Sequence record: DRR378314_363
DNA length: 38,633 bases
Reading direction: 5' to 3' (one strand)
Part shown: positions 9,931 through 20,030 of the stretch, piece by piece
How positions within the stretch are numbered: the stretch's first letter is position 1
Layout: the number at the start of each line of letters is the position of its first letter
Position numbers and translations under genes: made by a program
The notes under the pieces: generated by a model
Database searches by the model: none
What the model saw: only the letters and a program-made list of their open reading frames with translations
Told to the model about the DNA's origin: nothing

Positions 9931-10620
9931 TCAATCACGGGTGTCAGATTGTTCGGCTTCTGTGTTCAATAGACGCACCGCCAGCGAACGGGTGATGTCA
10001 CGCTTTTCGTCAAGAGCGACGCGATCCAGTTCAGTAACCATATTCGCTGCAGTTTCAAAACTTCGGTTCATGTGTTTGACCAGATACGCGATGACGTCTG
10101 GACCTGGGTTGAGCTGCCTGTCGGTGAATAGCTTAGCTAATACGGCGCCCAACAAGGCGTCATCCGGTGCCTCAAGCGCCACGTGATGCGCCCCTTCAAC
10201 ACGACTTTGCAGATCGGCCAATGGCAGGTGCCACAGATTTGGTGCTGCGCGTCCGGTCATCAGTAGGGCGCGGCCGTCAGCCAAGATCAGATTATGCAGG
10301 TGGAACAGTGTTTTCTGTTGTTCTGGGTCATCGGCAATCAACGGAATATCTTCGACCGCGACCGGAAGCTGCGCAAGCTCGGGGACGTCTTCGTACCGCA
10401 AATCCACGGCTTGGACGATACGCCCACCCGTTTCCGCAGCCCAGACATGGGCAAGATGGGATTTCCCAGATCCTGCCGGGCCGCTGAGTACCAGCTTGTT
10501 TCCCGGCCACGATGTGGCCGAGATCATCGCGACTGCCAGCGCGTTGGCTGGCGAGACAAAGAAATCTTCGCGGCCCAAGGCGGTCTTGGACGGCAGATCA
10601 AAGCTAAGCTGCGTGGCCAT
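9931..10620 (-). CDS. hdaA: DnaA regulatory inactivator HdaA
   Basis: N-terminal QLSFDL beta-clamp-binding motif, Walker A GPAGSGKSHL, DLQSR; follows an AI-2E gene as usual in alphaproteobacteria. Confidence 0.9.
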   Translation of the reverse strand: MATQLSFDLPSKTALGREDFFVSPANALAVAMISATSWPGNKLVLSGPAGSGKSHLAHVWAAETGGRIVQAVDLRYEDVPELAQLPVAVEDIPLIADDPEQQKTLFHLHNLILADGRALLMTGRAAPNLWHLPLADLQSRVEGAHHVALEAPDDALLGAVLAKLFTDRQLNPGPDVIAYLVKHMNRSFETAANMVTELDRVALDEKRDITRSLAVRLLNTEAEQSDTRD

Positions 10621-11694
10621 TCACTCGTCGTCCTGATTGAGCCCTTCAAGCCCGGTGTAAAGACGGCTGTTCAGGTACTGTTCAGTTGCAAACCGCGCCA
10701 GAACACCCAACGCAGCCGCAACGGGAACCGCGATCAGCATCCCGACAAAGCCAAACAGCGCACCGAATACCGACAAGGCCAACAGCAACCAGACCGGATG
10801 CAAGCCGACGGAGCTGCCGACCAGTTTGGGGGTCAGAAAATTACCCTCGGTCACTTGTCCGATGGCGAAAACGCCGGCGACCAGACCGATATGCGCCCAA
10901 TCCCCCCAGAATTGAAACAGCGCCAGGCCAATGGCCAGAGTGCCACCGATTAGGGCACCCAGATAGGGGATGAAGGTCACTAGCCCGGCGATGAAGCCGA
11001 CGATCAGACCAAACTGCAGGCCAACCAACATCAAGGCAACTGCGTAGTAGGTGCCAAGGATCAGGCATACAGTTCCCATCCCGCGTACGAACGAGGCCAG
11101 AACCGCATCAATATCGACCGCCAAGCGCTTGATTGTAGGGGCATGATCGCGTGGCAGCAGCTCTCCGATCCGGGCAATCATGCGATCCCAGTCCATTAGC
11201 AGGTAAACAGCGACGACCGGCACAATCACCAGTAATACGACAACATTAATCGCCGACCCCAAAGAGGCCAGAACAGTTTGCAACACGTCGCCAGTTTTGG
11301 ATTTCAGCGTATCGCCAAAAGAAACCAGCATTTGATGCGTGTTCGATTCAGAATCCAGAAGTGCGGGGAATCTCTGTTCAATGAAGGCGCGCAGCTCTTT
11401 GAAAAGGCTGGGTAATATGTCGATCAAGTCCAGTAGCTGAGTGATCAGCGCGGGCACGACCATCAGGATCATCAAGATAAAGCCCAAGACACCAACAACT
11501 GTAATGATTCCGGTGGCGGCGATGCGTGACAAACCCAGCTTTTCCAGGCGATCTGCAACGGGATCAAGGAAATAAGCAATCGCCCCGCCGATCACGAAGG
11601 GCAACAAGACATCACCTAACAGGTACAAAAGCACCACAAAAACCGCAGCAGCAATGCCCCAGTATCTAAGCTGATCCTTCACCGGCAAGGCCAT
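10621..11694 (-). CDS. AI-2E family transporter (PerM-like)
   Basis: Multi-TM protein; AYFLDP, FIPYLG, EGNFLTPKLVGSSVGLHP, GMLIAVP motifs. Confidence 0.92.
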   Translation of the reverse strand: MALPVKDQLRYWGIAAAVFVVLLYLLGDVLLPFVIGGAIAYFLDPVADRLEKLGLSRIAATGIITVVGVLGFILMILMVVPALITQLLDLIDILPSLFKELRAFIEQRFPALLDSESNTHQMLVSFGDTLKSKTGDVLQTVLASLGSAINVVVLLVIVPVVAVYLLMDWDRMIARIGELLPRDHAPTIKRLAVDIDAVLASFVRGMGTVCLILGTYYAVALMLVGLQFGLIVGFIAGLVTFIPYLGALIGGTLAIGLALFQFWGDWAHIGLVAGVFAIGQVTEGNFLTPKLVGSSVGLHPVWLLLALSVFGALFGFVGMLIAVPVAAALGVLARFATEQYLNSRLYTGLEGLNQDDE

Positions 11695-11783
11695 GGCGCA
11701 TTCCCCTGTTGCACAGCGTTACCGTGTTCTTGGCCCAGGATGCTCTGCGATGCAAGCGGTTCATAGGGCGGGTTTTTTACAGC

Positions 11784-12758
11784 TTAGTCGTGTAGCGTAC
11801 CGAGTTCTGGTGTGTCTTTAACGACGGTTTCGTCTGGCCAGTTTGTCCTCCAGATCTCGGCTGACCAATGGCCGCAATGCACCGCTGGCCGATCAAACCC
11901 GGGCAGGGCAGGAAGCAACGGCGCGACCAACACGTCGTGGCGGGGTACCGCGAAATAGGGGAAGGAATAGCGCTCGTTACCCGAGCGATTGACTACGCGA
12001 TGCGGCGTCGATTTCAGCCGCCCGCCGGACCATAGCTCAAGCATGTCGCCGATATTGACCACGAAGCCGCCGAGTGGGCAATCGGGTGTGATCCAGCCTT
12101 CGGTACGGGTCTGCACTTCGAGCCCGCCCACCGGATCGGGGGCGATAATCGTCAGGGCGTCGGTATCTTTGTGCGGATGGATGCCATAGCCATCCTCATC
12201 CGGTGCCTGCGGAGGATAATGCAACAAGGTCATATTGGTCATCGGATCGCGGAATGCGTCGCGTAGGGTGTTCGGCTGCACTGCAAGCCCTACCTCCAAC
12301 GCACCAAGTAGCAGATCGGTTACTTGATCAAGCTGTCGCCAGTAGTCCAGAATCACGTCACGGGCCTGCGGCAATTCGCGGGGCCAGATATTTGGCCCAT
12401 AAAGTGCGCATTCAACCCGGATCGGAGCATCCTCGGCCGCTTCGAAATGCAGCTTATAGCCTTCGTACTTGTCCGCTGTGCCCGAGCCATCATTGGGTGT
12501 GAAGAACCCCAACGGGATAAACCCGCGATAGTTTTCGCGGGTGATGGCTTGATCCCATTTGCTGGCTTCCTTGATATCAAAGATCGCCCGCACACAGCCG
12601 CGCACCTGATCGATTTGATCTGGTGCAACGCCCGTTCCAGTGATCGACAAAAACCCGATGCTGGTGCAGGCGTCCATGATCTCAGCGACTGTGGCCTGAA
12701 ACTGCGGATCAGACGGATTGGCCAGCGGAGAGATATCGATTGTTGGGATATGCTCCAT
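11784..12758 (-). CDS. 2-oxoglutarate/Fe(II)-dependent oxygenase, isopenicillin N synthase-like (DIOX_N) family
   Basis: IPTIDIS N-terminus, HYPP, H-K-D, NIGDMLE, STPHRV and RYS; complete HxD...H iron triad and RxS 2OG site. Confidence 0.9.
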   Translation of the reverse strand: MEHIPTIDISPLANPSDPQFQATVAEIMDACTSIGFLSITGTGVAPDQIDQVRGCVRAIFDIKEASKWDQAITRENYRGFIPLGFFTPNDGSGTADKYEGYKLHFEAAEDAPIRVECALYGPNIWPRELPQARDVILDYWRQLDQVTDLLLGALEVGLAVQPNTLRDAFRDPMTNMTLLHYPPQAPDEDGYGIHPHKDTDALTIIAPDPVGGLEVQTRTEGWITPDCPLGGFVVNIGDMLELWSGGRLKSTPHRVVNRSGNERYSFPYFAVPRHDVLVAPLLPALPGFDRPAVHCGHWSAEIWRTNWPDETVVKDTPELGTLHD

Positions 12759-14122
12759 CAGGTGATCCTTACGCCTTGCCGCCCCAGTTCCTGATGCACC
12801 GGGGTCAGGTTCATCTTGTCGAGTTCCTGATTGCTTTTCAACGCCATGGTCGCGGCAATACCCGCTCCCTGACCCATTACGGCGCAGCAGGCCATGTTGC
12901 GCGTAGCGGCATGTGCGACTCGATCGGCCCCATGCGACCGGCCTGCCACCAGCAGGCCCTTGATCCCTTTGGGCAGCATCGAGCGATAGGGGATCTGCAT
13001 ATACCGCCCTGTGGTTGGCAGGATCAGGATACCGTAACCGTCGATGAACTCGGGGTAGATGCCAATTGTATCTTCGAACCGACCCTGATGGCGGGCATCG
13101 TCCTCGGTCATGTTATAAATCGCGTCGATCTTGCGGGTATCGCGGATGCCGATGGTCATCCCAAAATTCCGCAGCCGAGCGTTTTCGCAACCGGGCATGA
13201 AACGGCGCAAGGCGTCAATTGCGAGCATCGACTGGCGCCGACCCTCGATCTCTCCTCGCGTCATGCTATCGGGGTCGGTGCCGTCGATCTCAGCCAGATG
13301 AATCAGGTTCATATAGGTCAGCTCGCCCGTGTCATGCATCGCGCCCCAGGTGCCCGCGATGGTGTTCAGATGCGGTGGGATCAGCCCCTGATCTATGGCC
13401 TGCTGAAACGGCTTGTGCACGAAGGGCGAAAACATATCGTCCTCTTTGCCCGAGGTTTCGATGTTCCATTCGCCACCTCCACCCCAGTCCTTGTAGGTCT
13501 GCGGATTGGCTTTGACCCCGTCCATGAACGCGCGCTTGTTCACACCAGCCAGGTGGAACATGACTGAGGCAGCCATCATGTCCTCGCGCGCTGTCTTGTG
13601 GGTCGGAGCACCGGCACGATGGGCCACGTCTGCATCGCCGGTGGCATCGATGACGACTTTCGCCAATATCGCCTCACGACCGGCTTTGGATTCGGTGATA
13701 ACGCCGGTGATGCGATCGCCTTCCATTATCGGGGCAACGAATTGCCGATGCAGCATCGGGTGAACGCCCGCTTCTTCGACCAATTTGTCGGCCACAAGCT
13801 TGAAGCCTTCACTGTCCAATTCATAGCTGAGTGACTGGCTTTCGGGCACCGCTGCACCCATTTCCTTGGCGCGGGTTTCGAATTCCATGCCGATACCCCC
13901 GGCTTCGACCGTCTGCTCATGGCGGTACCAGGCAAAGCCCTCGACACCGACGGCGGTGATATTGCCGCCCATGCATCCAAAACGGTCCATCAGCGAAACT
14001 TCAGCCCCGGCGCGCGCGGCGGCGAGCGCTGCGGCCAGCCCAGCAGGACCTGAGCCAACAACCAGTATGTCCGTCTGGTGGGCAACGGGAATCTGACGGG
14101 CGGGTTCTGTGATCGTCTGCAT
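12758..14122 (-). CDS. FAD-dependent oxidoreductase (FAD_oxidored-like family)
   Basis: DILVVGSGPAG Rossmann motif, MGGNIT, IDATGDAD, QIPYRSMLP, LLVAGR, MGQGAG; TGATG coupling to the oxygenase. Confidence 0.88.
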   Translation of the reverse strand: MQTITEPARQIPVAHQTDILVVGSGPAGLAAALAAARAGAEVSLMDRFGCMGGNITAVGVEGFAWYRHEQTVEAGGIGMEFETRAKEMGAAVPESQSLSYELDSEGFKLVADKLVEEAGVHPMLHRQFVAPIMEGDRITGVITESKAGREAILAKVVIDATGDADVAHRAGAPTHKTAREDMMAASVMFHLAGVNKRAFMDGVKANPQTYKDWGGGGEWNIETSGKEDDMFSPFVHKPFQQAIDQGLIPPHLNTIAGTWGAMHDTGELTYMNLIHLAEIDGTDPDSMTRGEIEGRRQSMLAIDALRRFMPGCENARLRNFGMTIGIRDTRKIDAIYNMTEDDARHQGRFEDTIGIYPEFIDGYGILILPTTGRYMQIPYRSMLPKGIKGLLVAGRSHGADRVAHAATRNMACCAVMGQGAGIAATMALKSNQELDKMNLTPVHQELGRQGVRIT

Positions 14123-14288
14123 CGCGGCCTCGCGGTTGTAGGTTTGCGCCAAGATTGAAAACCCCGGCCCCGCGGTCAATCGAAAAACCGACTATCCTCG
14201 GGTCGCAAAAACGCCAATGTGTGATTGCCCCCGGCTGGGCTTTGGCATAATCACCTGTTTGTTGAAGTTTCACCCAAAAGGTTACGAA

Positions 14289-15629
14289 ATGCGCCTCAGC
14301 CGTTACTTTCTGCCCGTTCTCAAGGAAAACCCGTCTGAGGCTCAGATCGTCAGTCACCGGCTGATGCTGCGCGCAGGCATGATCAAGCAGGCCGCCGCCG
14401 GGATTTATTCCTGGCTTCCGCTGGGTTTCAAAGTGCTGCGCAAGCTGGAAAACATCGTGCACGAGGAACAGGCGCGGGCGGGGCATATTGCGATCCAGAT
14501 GCCGATCCTGCAATCGGCTGACCTGTGGCGCGAATCCGGGCGCTATGATGACTATGGTCAGGAAATGCTGCGCATGCAGGACCGCCATGGGCGCGATATG
14601 CTCTATACGCCTACGGCTGAGGAACTTGTGACGGATATCTTCCGTGGTCACGTGAGCAGCTATAAGGATCTGCCGCTGACCCTCTATCAAATTCAGTGGA
14701 AATTCCGCGACGAGATCCGCCCGCGCTTTGGCGTGATGCGGGGGCGCGAATTCTACATGAAGGACGGTTACAACTTCGACCTGACCAAAGAAGACGCGCT
14801 GCATGCCTATAACCGCCATTTGGTCAGCTATCTGCGCACCTATGAGCGGATGGGGCTGCAGGCCATCCCGATGCGCGCCGATTCCGGACCTATCGGTGGC
14901 GATGATACGCATGAATTCCTGGTGCTTGCCGATACCGGTGAATCCGAGGTCTTCTATGACAGCGCCGTTACAGACCTGACCTTTGGCGACCGCGAGATCG
15001 ACTATGACAATCGCGAACAATGTCAGGCGATCCTTGAAGAATTCACCTCGAAATACGCCCGCACGGACGAAACCCATGATGAGGCGCTGTTCAATCAGCT
15101 TCCTGAGGAGCGCCGTCGCGTTGCGCGCGGGATCGAGGTGGGGCAAATCTTCTACTTTGGCACCAAGTATTCGGAAGCAATGGGCGCGACGGTGCAAGGC
15201 CCTGATGGCAAGCCGGTTCCAGTTCACATGGGCAGCCACGGGATCGGCGTCAGCCGCCTGATCGGTGCAATCATCGAAGCCAGTCACGACGACAAGGGCA
15301 TCATCTGGCCCGAAGGTGTGACGCCGTTCCATTGCGGCATCGTCAACCTGAAACAGGGGGATGATGAAGCGGACGCGGCTTGTGACAATATTTACAAAGC
15401 GCTCACCGCGCTGGGGCTTGAACCGCTTTATGATGATCGCAAAGAGAGGGCAGGGGGCAAGTTCGCGACGATGGACCTGATCGGTCTGCCATGGCGCATC
15501 ACTGTGGGTCCGCGTGGTCTGAAGAATGGCGTGGTCGAACTCACGTGCCGCCGTACAGGTGAAAGCGAAGAGCTAAGTCCTGAAGCCGCTGTGACCAAGA
15601 TCGCCGAAATCTATGAGGGCATCGCCTGA
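14289..15629 (+). CDS. proS: Proline--tRNA ligase (short alphaproteobacterial type)
   Basis: [56 protein letters not shown], anticodon domain YDDR. Confidence 0.98.
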   Translation: MRLSRYFLPVLKENPSEAQIVSHRLMLRAGMIKQAAAGIYSWLPLGFKVLRKLENIVHEEQARAGHIAIQMPILQSADLWRESGRYDDYGQEMLRMQDRHGRDMLYTPTAEELVTDIFRGHVSSYKDLPLTLYQIQWKFRDEIRPRFGVMRGREFYMKDGYNFDLTKEDALHAYNRHLVSYLRTYERMGLQAIPMRADSGPIGGDDTHEFLVLADTGESEVFYDSAVTDLTFGDREIDYDNREQCQAILEEFTSKYARTDETHDEALFNQLPEERRRVARGIEVGQIFYFGTKYSEAMGATVQGPDGKPVPVHMGSHGIGVSRLIGAIIEASHDDKGIIWPEGVTPFHCGIVNLKQGDDEADAACDNIYKALTALGLEPLYDDRKERAGGKFATMDLIGLPWRITVGPRGLKNGVVELTCRRTGESEELSPEAAVTKIAEIYEGIA

Positions 15630-15660
15630 TCGGGGGCGGTGCAGTTAAATAAACTTCGGA

Positions 15661-16017
15661 TCAGGATGCCGAAGATGGGCGTGTTGACAGCACATCGCCA
15701 TCTGCTTGGCTGCCACGCGCCACCACAATCGGGCGTCCAAAGCGGCGCACAAGTTCGGACAGATCAAAGCCCAAAAACCGTAAACCACAGATGCGCTGAT
15801 CCGTCGCCCGATCTGTCAGGCACAAGCTTCCCTGCCGAAAGGCAAGGCGATACCCCTTGTCTTTCAGAATATCGGCCAATCCGGCCCAACTGACTGCGCT
15901 GGTGAAAATCGGTCGAATTGTTGCACGCAGCAAAGCGGCGCTCTCACAATCCAGTTCTGTTGATGCTGGGCGGGTTAATATCGGACCCGCGCCTTCCATA
16001 TGTTCTTGAATACCCAT
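15661..16017 (-). CDS. Hypothetical protein (118 aa)
   Basis: ATG preceded by GGAGG RBS; fills the gap between proS and lolE; no family recognised. Confidence 0.65.
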   Translation of the reverse strand: MGIQEHMEGAGPILTRPASTELDCESAALLRATIRPIFTSAVSWAGLADILKDKGYRLAFRQGSLCLTDRATDQRICGLRFLGFDLSELVRRFGRPIVVARGSQADGDVLSTRPSSAS

Positions 16018-16192
16018 GAGCGAACCTCCGCCCTTAAACTCTTAAAATGTGTCCCCCACATAAAAAGGGTGACAAAATTTCTCACACTAATCAATTTATG
16101 AAATAATCTTACGCACTCAATGTTGCGATAGTGACTCAGTTGAGCACGGATATCTCATATTGACTTCATAACTGAAACAATAAGTCCTTGTC

Positions 16193-16208
16193 TGTGAAGA
16201 GGGTCACA
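16193..16208. promoter_or_regulatory. CRP-type palindrome TGTGA-N6-TCACA
   Basis: TGTGA AGAGGG TCACA in an AT-rich divergent intergenic region. Confidence 0.45.
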
Positions 16209-16407
16209 ACCAATAGTATATTTGATGCTTCTTTCCACCCGTATTGCTGGTGGGACATCAGGCAAGCCGAATTTTGATTCGTTTCAGACTGAGGTTTAAG
16301 CTCTCAGCTCGCACGTGATGTAGCCAGTCGGGTACCCGCGCGATAACCGGCTTGACCATCCGGCCAAATGTCGAAAGGGTCGCCAAAAATCAAAACCCGA
16401 GGCAGGA

Positions 16408-17694
16408 ATGGCCAAATCTCCCCCGCCCTTTGCCCCATTCGAGTGGAAAATAGCCTGGCGATATCTACGCGCCCGCCGCGCCGAAGGCGGTGTCAGTGTG
16501 ATGACCTGGATTTCCCTGATTGGGATTACGCTGGCTGTCTTTGCGCTTATTGCCACATTGGCCGTCAGATCGGGATTCCGTTCGGAATTCGTGGGCACCA
16601 TTCTTGGGGCAAACGCACATGTCACCGTCTATTCAATTGGCGAAGTTGATGCGCAGGGGCGGCTGGATCGAACGATTTCGGATTTTGACGGCATGGCGGA
16701 TCGCATCGCGCAGGTGCCGGGGGTCGAACGCGCAGCTCCGCTTGTCAAAGGGCAGGTGCTGATCACCAATGCCGACCGCAGCTCTGGCGTGCAGGTTTTC
16801 GGTATCCGTCCAAATGATTTGGCCGACCTGCCGGGGATTGCCGAAAGCGAAGAGGCTTATGGCGATCTATCCCGGTTTCCTCAGGGCATTGCCATCGGCT
16901 CGGGCGTGGCGCGGTCCATTGGGGCCACCGTCGGAGACAAGGTAAAACTGACCTCACCCAATGGGGTAAAAACCGCCTTTGGTACTTCGCCGCGCGTGAA
17001 CGCCTATGAGGTAGTCTATGTATTTTCTGCCGGGCGTTATGACATCGATCGCACTCGAGTTTACATGCCCTTCACCGAGGCGCAGGGCTTCTTCAACCGC
17101 GACGGCGTAGCAGACGAAATAGAAGTGATGGTCGAGCGCCCGGAAGAGCTGTCGCCGATCCTGATCCCCATCCTTGAAGCCGCTGGAGAGCGCAGCCAGA
17201 TCTGGACCTGGCAGGACGCATCAGGCGGGTTTCTGAGGGCGCTTGAGGTTGAGGACAACGTGATGTTCATCATCCTGTCGATCCTCGTGCTGATTGCGGC
17301 GATGAACATTGTCTCAGGCCTGATCATGCTGGTGAAGAACAAGGGCCGCGATATTGGTATCCTGCGCACCATCGGCCTGAGCGAGGGATCGGTCTTGCGG
17401 GTGTTCTTCATCTGCGGCGCATTCACAGGCATTATCGGAACCGCGTTGGGCGTCATTCTGGGCTGTCTCTTCGCCATCTATATTGATCCGATTTTCTCGT
17501 TCGTGAACTTTGCCATGGGTGGCGGCGTCTGGGACCCGTCCATACGTGGAATCTATGCCTTACCCGCCGAGCTGCACTTGTCGGACGTGCTCAAGGCCAT
17601 CGCCTTATCACTGGGCCTGTCCTTCATTGTCACCTATTTCCCGGCCCGCCGCGCGGCGCGGCTGAACCCGGTTGAGGCGCTGCGATATGAGTGA
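16408..17694 (+). CDS. lolE: Lipoprotein-releasing ABC transporter permease LolC/E
   Basis: [55 protein letters not shown]. Confidence 0.95.
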   Translation: MAKSPPPFAPFEWKIAWRYLRARRAEGGVSVMTWISLIGITLAVFALIATLAVRSGFRSEFVGTILGANAHVTVYSIGEVDAQGRLDRTISDFDGMADRIAQVPGVERAAPLVKGQVLITNADRSSGVQVFGIRPNDLADLPGIAESEEAYGDLSRFPQGIAIGSGVARSIGATVGDKVKLTSPNGVKTAFGTSPRVNAYEVVYVFSAGRYDIDRTRVYMPFTEAQGFFNRDGVADEIEVMVERPEELSPILIPILEAAGERSQIWTWQDASGGFLRALEVEDNVMFIILSILVLIAAMNIVSGLIMLVKNKGRDIGILRTIGLSEGSVLRVFFICGAFTGIIGTALGVILGCLFAIYIDPIFSFVNFAMGGGVWDPSIRGIYALPAELHLSDVLKAIALSLGLSFIVTYFPARRAARLNPVEALRYE

Positions 17695-18373
17695 TGTGAC
17701 GTTAACGCTTAGCGGTCTCACCAAAACCTACCTGTCGGGTACCCCGGGTGAGGTTCAGGTGCTGCGCGGTGCCGATCTGGAACTGCGTGCTGGTGAGGCC
17801 GTGGCGCTGGTCGCACCCTCGGGGGCGGGTAAATCAACCCTACTGCATATCGCGGGGCTGCTTGATACACCCGATATGGGCGAGGTCGAAATCGCAGGGC
17901 AGGCAGCAACTGGCAAAGGAGACCGGACGCGAACCGCGATCCGGCGGCGCGATGTGGGTTTTGTCTATCAATTCCATCATTTGCTGCCCGAGTTTACGGC
18001 GTTGGAAAACATCGTGCTTCCGCAACTGGCAAACGGTATTTCCGATAAAGCAGCGCAGGAGCGGGCGATGCAATTGCTCGACCGCGTCGGTGTCGCCGGG
18101 CGGGCAGGGCACCGGCCTGCCGCCCTGTCAGGTGGTGAGCAACAGCGCGTGGCCTTCTGCCGGGCATTGGCCAATCAACCCCGCGTGTTGCTGGCGGATG
18201 AACCGACCGGCAATTTGGACCCCGAAACCGCGGATCAGGTTTTCACGGCCCTGATGGCGCTGGTACGGGACGACGGCCTTTCGGCACTTATCGCTACGCA
18301 TAACCTCGAACTGGCGGCGCGGATGGATCGGGTGCTGCGGTTGGAGGGTGGTCTGCTTAAGCCAGTTGAGTGA
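17687..18373 (+). CDS. lolD: Lipoprotein-releasing ABC transporter ATPase
   Basis: [27 protein letters not shown]olD motif, [16 protein letters not shown]. Confidence 0.95.
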   Translation: MSDVTLTLSGLTKTYLSGTPGEVQVLRGADLELRAGEAVALVAPSGAGKSTLLHIAGLLDTPDMGEVEIAGQAATGKGDRTRTAIRRRDVGFVYQFHHLLPEFTALENIVLPQLANGISDKAAQERAMQLLDRVGVAGRAGHRPAALSGGEQQRVAFCRALANQPRVLLADEPTGNLDPETADQVFTALMALVRDDGLSALIATHNLELAARMDRVLRLEGGLLKPVE

Positions 18374-18794
18374 TCGCCACCCCGATTGCCATCACCGCAA
18401 TGCCGCCGGCCCGCATCAATGTCAGCGGTGTGACCTGAGCGCCGAACAAGCCGAAATGATCAATCGCAGCTGTGCTGATCAACTGGCCCAGCAGCACGAA
18501 GAACACCGCGTTGCCCACCCCGAAATGCGGGGCCACGTGGGTGATTGTCAGCACATAGAACGCGACCAGAACGCCGCCCAACAACAGATGTCGAGGGGCT
18601 TGGGCAGCCTTGGCGACGGCCTCGGACCCCCCGAGCACTAAAAGCACCAGAGCAGATGCGAAAAAGGCGATGGCGAACAGGATCACTGCCGCTGCATTTG
18701 GTGAGCCGATCAGCCTGCCCAAGGCAGCGTTCAGGGCGGCGAGGATGGGAACGCCGATTCCGGCGGCCAGCATTATGGCTGCGTATTGTGTCAT
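18357..18794 (-). CDS. DMT family small membrane transporter (YdcZ/DUF606)
   Basis: [29 protein letters not shown]...IDHFGLFG; about 5 TM segments. Confidence 0.85.
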   Translation of the reverse strand: MTQYAAIMLAAGIGVPILAALNAALGRLIGSPNAAAVILFAIAFFASALVLLVLGGSEAVAKAAQAPRHLLLGGVLVAFYVLTITHVAPHFGVGNAVFFVLLGQLISTAAIDHFGLFGAQVTPLTLMRAGGIAVMAIGVAITQLA

Positions 18795-18820
18795 TGCCTT
18801 TGATCCCTGCTCTGGTTTCG

Positions 18821-18834
18821 TTGATCTGGATCAT
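18821..18834. promoter_or_regulatory. FNR/FnrL box upstream of cytochrome c
   Basis: TTGAT-CTGG-ATCAT, a 9/10 match to TTGAT-N4-ATCAA, centred about 64 bp before the ATG at 18892. Confidence 0.65.
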
Positions 18835-18891
18835 TGCGCCAGCAAGCCCGTCGGGCAAGTCTTGATGTGCAAGGCTGAAGGGAGAAAAGCG

Positions 18892-19299
18892 ATGGTCCGA
18901 TCGATACTTGGCGCAGTCTCGCTGGTGGTACTTACAGCGATGTCGCACCCCGCTTTGGCGCAGGACGTCGAGATTGGGGCCGAGCTCTATCAACACTATT
19001 GCGCCACATGTCATGGGCTGGACGCAACCGGGCATGGCCCGATGGCTGGAGTGCTGGTAATCCAGCCAACGAACCTGAGGACTTTGGCCGATGCGGAGGG
19101 CGTATTTCCATCCGCTCGTGTGGTGGCACGGATCGACGGGCGTGACCCATTGGTCAGCCACGGCAGCCCCATGCCTGTCTACGGACCCTATTTTGAGGGC
19201 AATGACACTGCGATCAAAACCCCTGCCGGACAGCCGATTCTGACTAGTAAGCCCATTGCCGACCTGGTCGCCTATCTGAAAACTCTGCAAGAAGGGTGA
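18892..19299 (+). CDS. Periplasmic monoheme c-type cytochrome
   Basis: Signal peptide ending ALA, CATCH heme motif, HGSPMPVYG distal Met; GGAG RBS. Confidence 0.9.
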   Translation: MVRSILGAVSLVVLTAMSHPALAQDVEIGAELYQHYCATCHGLDATGHGPMAGVLVIQPTNLRTLADAEGVFPSARVVARIDGRDPLVSHGSPMPVYGPYFEGNDTAIKTPAGQPILTSKPIADLVAYLKTLQEG

Positions 19300-19301
19300 G
19301 C

Positions 19302-19988
19302 TCAGCGGCAGATGCCCTCAATCTGGGCCCCGGCCCATGGCAATTGCACAGCACTTTCGCGCTTGTTGCCGGGGAGTGCCGCGACATCGAAATGAGTGCT
19401 CAGCATATCATGCAGTCGTTTGGTGCGCGGTGCATCGGGGTCCAGCGCGCGGCAGCAGACGTATTCTTCGACGATCGCGCCCTGCTGTTCGAAGCCGTAC
19501 GACAGGAAGTCGGGCGAATTACCCAGATCGAACAGGTAGGGGTCATCATTGCGTCCATGCTCTGCTGCGGCGCGAAGGGGGTGATAACCTGTGACCGCGC
19601 GGTTCTGCCATTGCCAGACATGGGTCAGTTCATGGGCTAGCAGCATCGCGGCGATCAGGTTCACCCGCTCGGGATATTGCGTCATGTAATCGTCCAGATA
19701 CCAGTCACGGGTGAAATACACTCGATTGAACAGCGCCACGGCGGCGGGCCTGCCAGTGACAGTTTCCTCCGTCACTGGCGGCAGAATCCGTTCACGACAG
19801 GCAAGCCGGGGCCGGACCTTGCGTTCATAGGTGATCGCCGCGACCGGAGCGCCTTCAACCAGGCGCACGCGATCAAGGTTCAGCGTATCGCCTTGAATGT
19901 TCGCGGCAAACGCACGTTCGTGATCGGTCAGAGGGCGACCGCAGGATGTAAAAAACAAAAGGACTAAAATCATGAACGGGCGGGCCAT
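19302..19988 (-). CDS. Lipoprotein with HExxH zincin-like motif (DUF4157-like)
   Basis: Lipobox FTSC; LLAHELTHVWQ; downstream FEQQG. Confidence 0.75.
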   Translation of the reverse strand: MARPFMILVLLFFTSCGRPLTDHERAFAANIQGDTLNLDRVRLVEGAPVAAITYERKVRPRLACRERILPPVTEETVTGRPAAVALFNRVYFTRDWYLDDYMTQYPERVNLIAAMLLAHELTHVWQWQNRAVTGYHPLRAAAEHGRNDDPYLFDLGNSPDFLSYGFEQQGAIVEEYVCCRALDPDAPRTKRLHDMLSTHFDVAALPGNKRESAVQLPWAGAQIEGICR

Positions 19989-20030
19989 GGGTTAAAGCCT
20001 AATACGCCCGTCTTTCTCTGCAAGCCGTTT

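Noticed and set aside
9931..10620. Second dnaA or a replication origin
   Set aside because: Short protein with a clamp-binding motif and no DNA-binding domain IV, so it is HdaA; no DnaA-box cluster seen.
14001..15332. 443-aa antisense ORF over proS
   Set aside because: Mirror frame of a conserved essential gene; no recognisable domain.
16034..16045. CtrA box (TTAA...TTAA)
   Set aside because: The spacer is 4 nt rather than the required 7.
18460..19290. 276-aa minus-strand ORF spanning the DMT and cytochrome c genes
   Set aside because: Overlaps two well-supported genes and the FNR box; no motifs.
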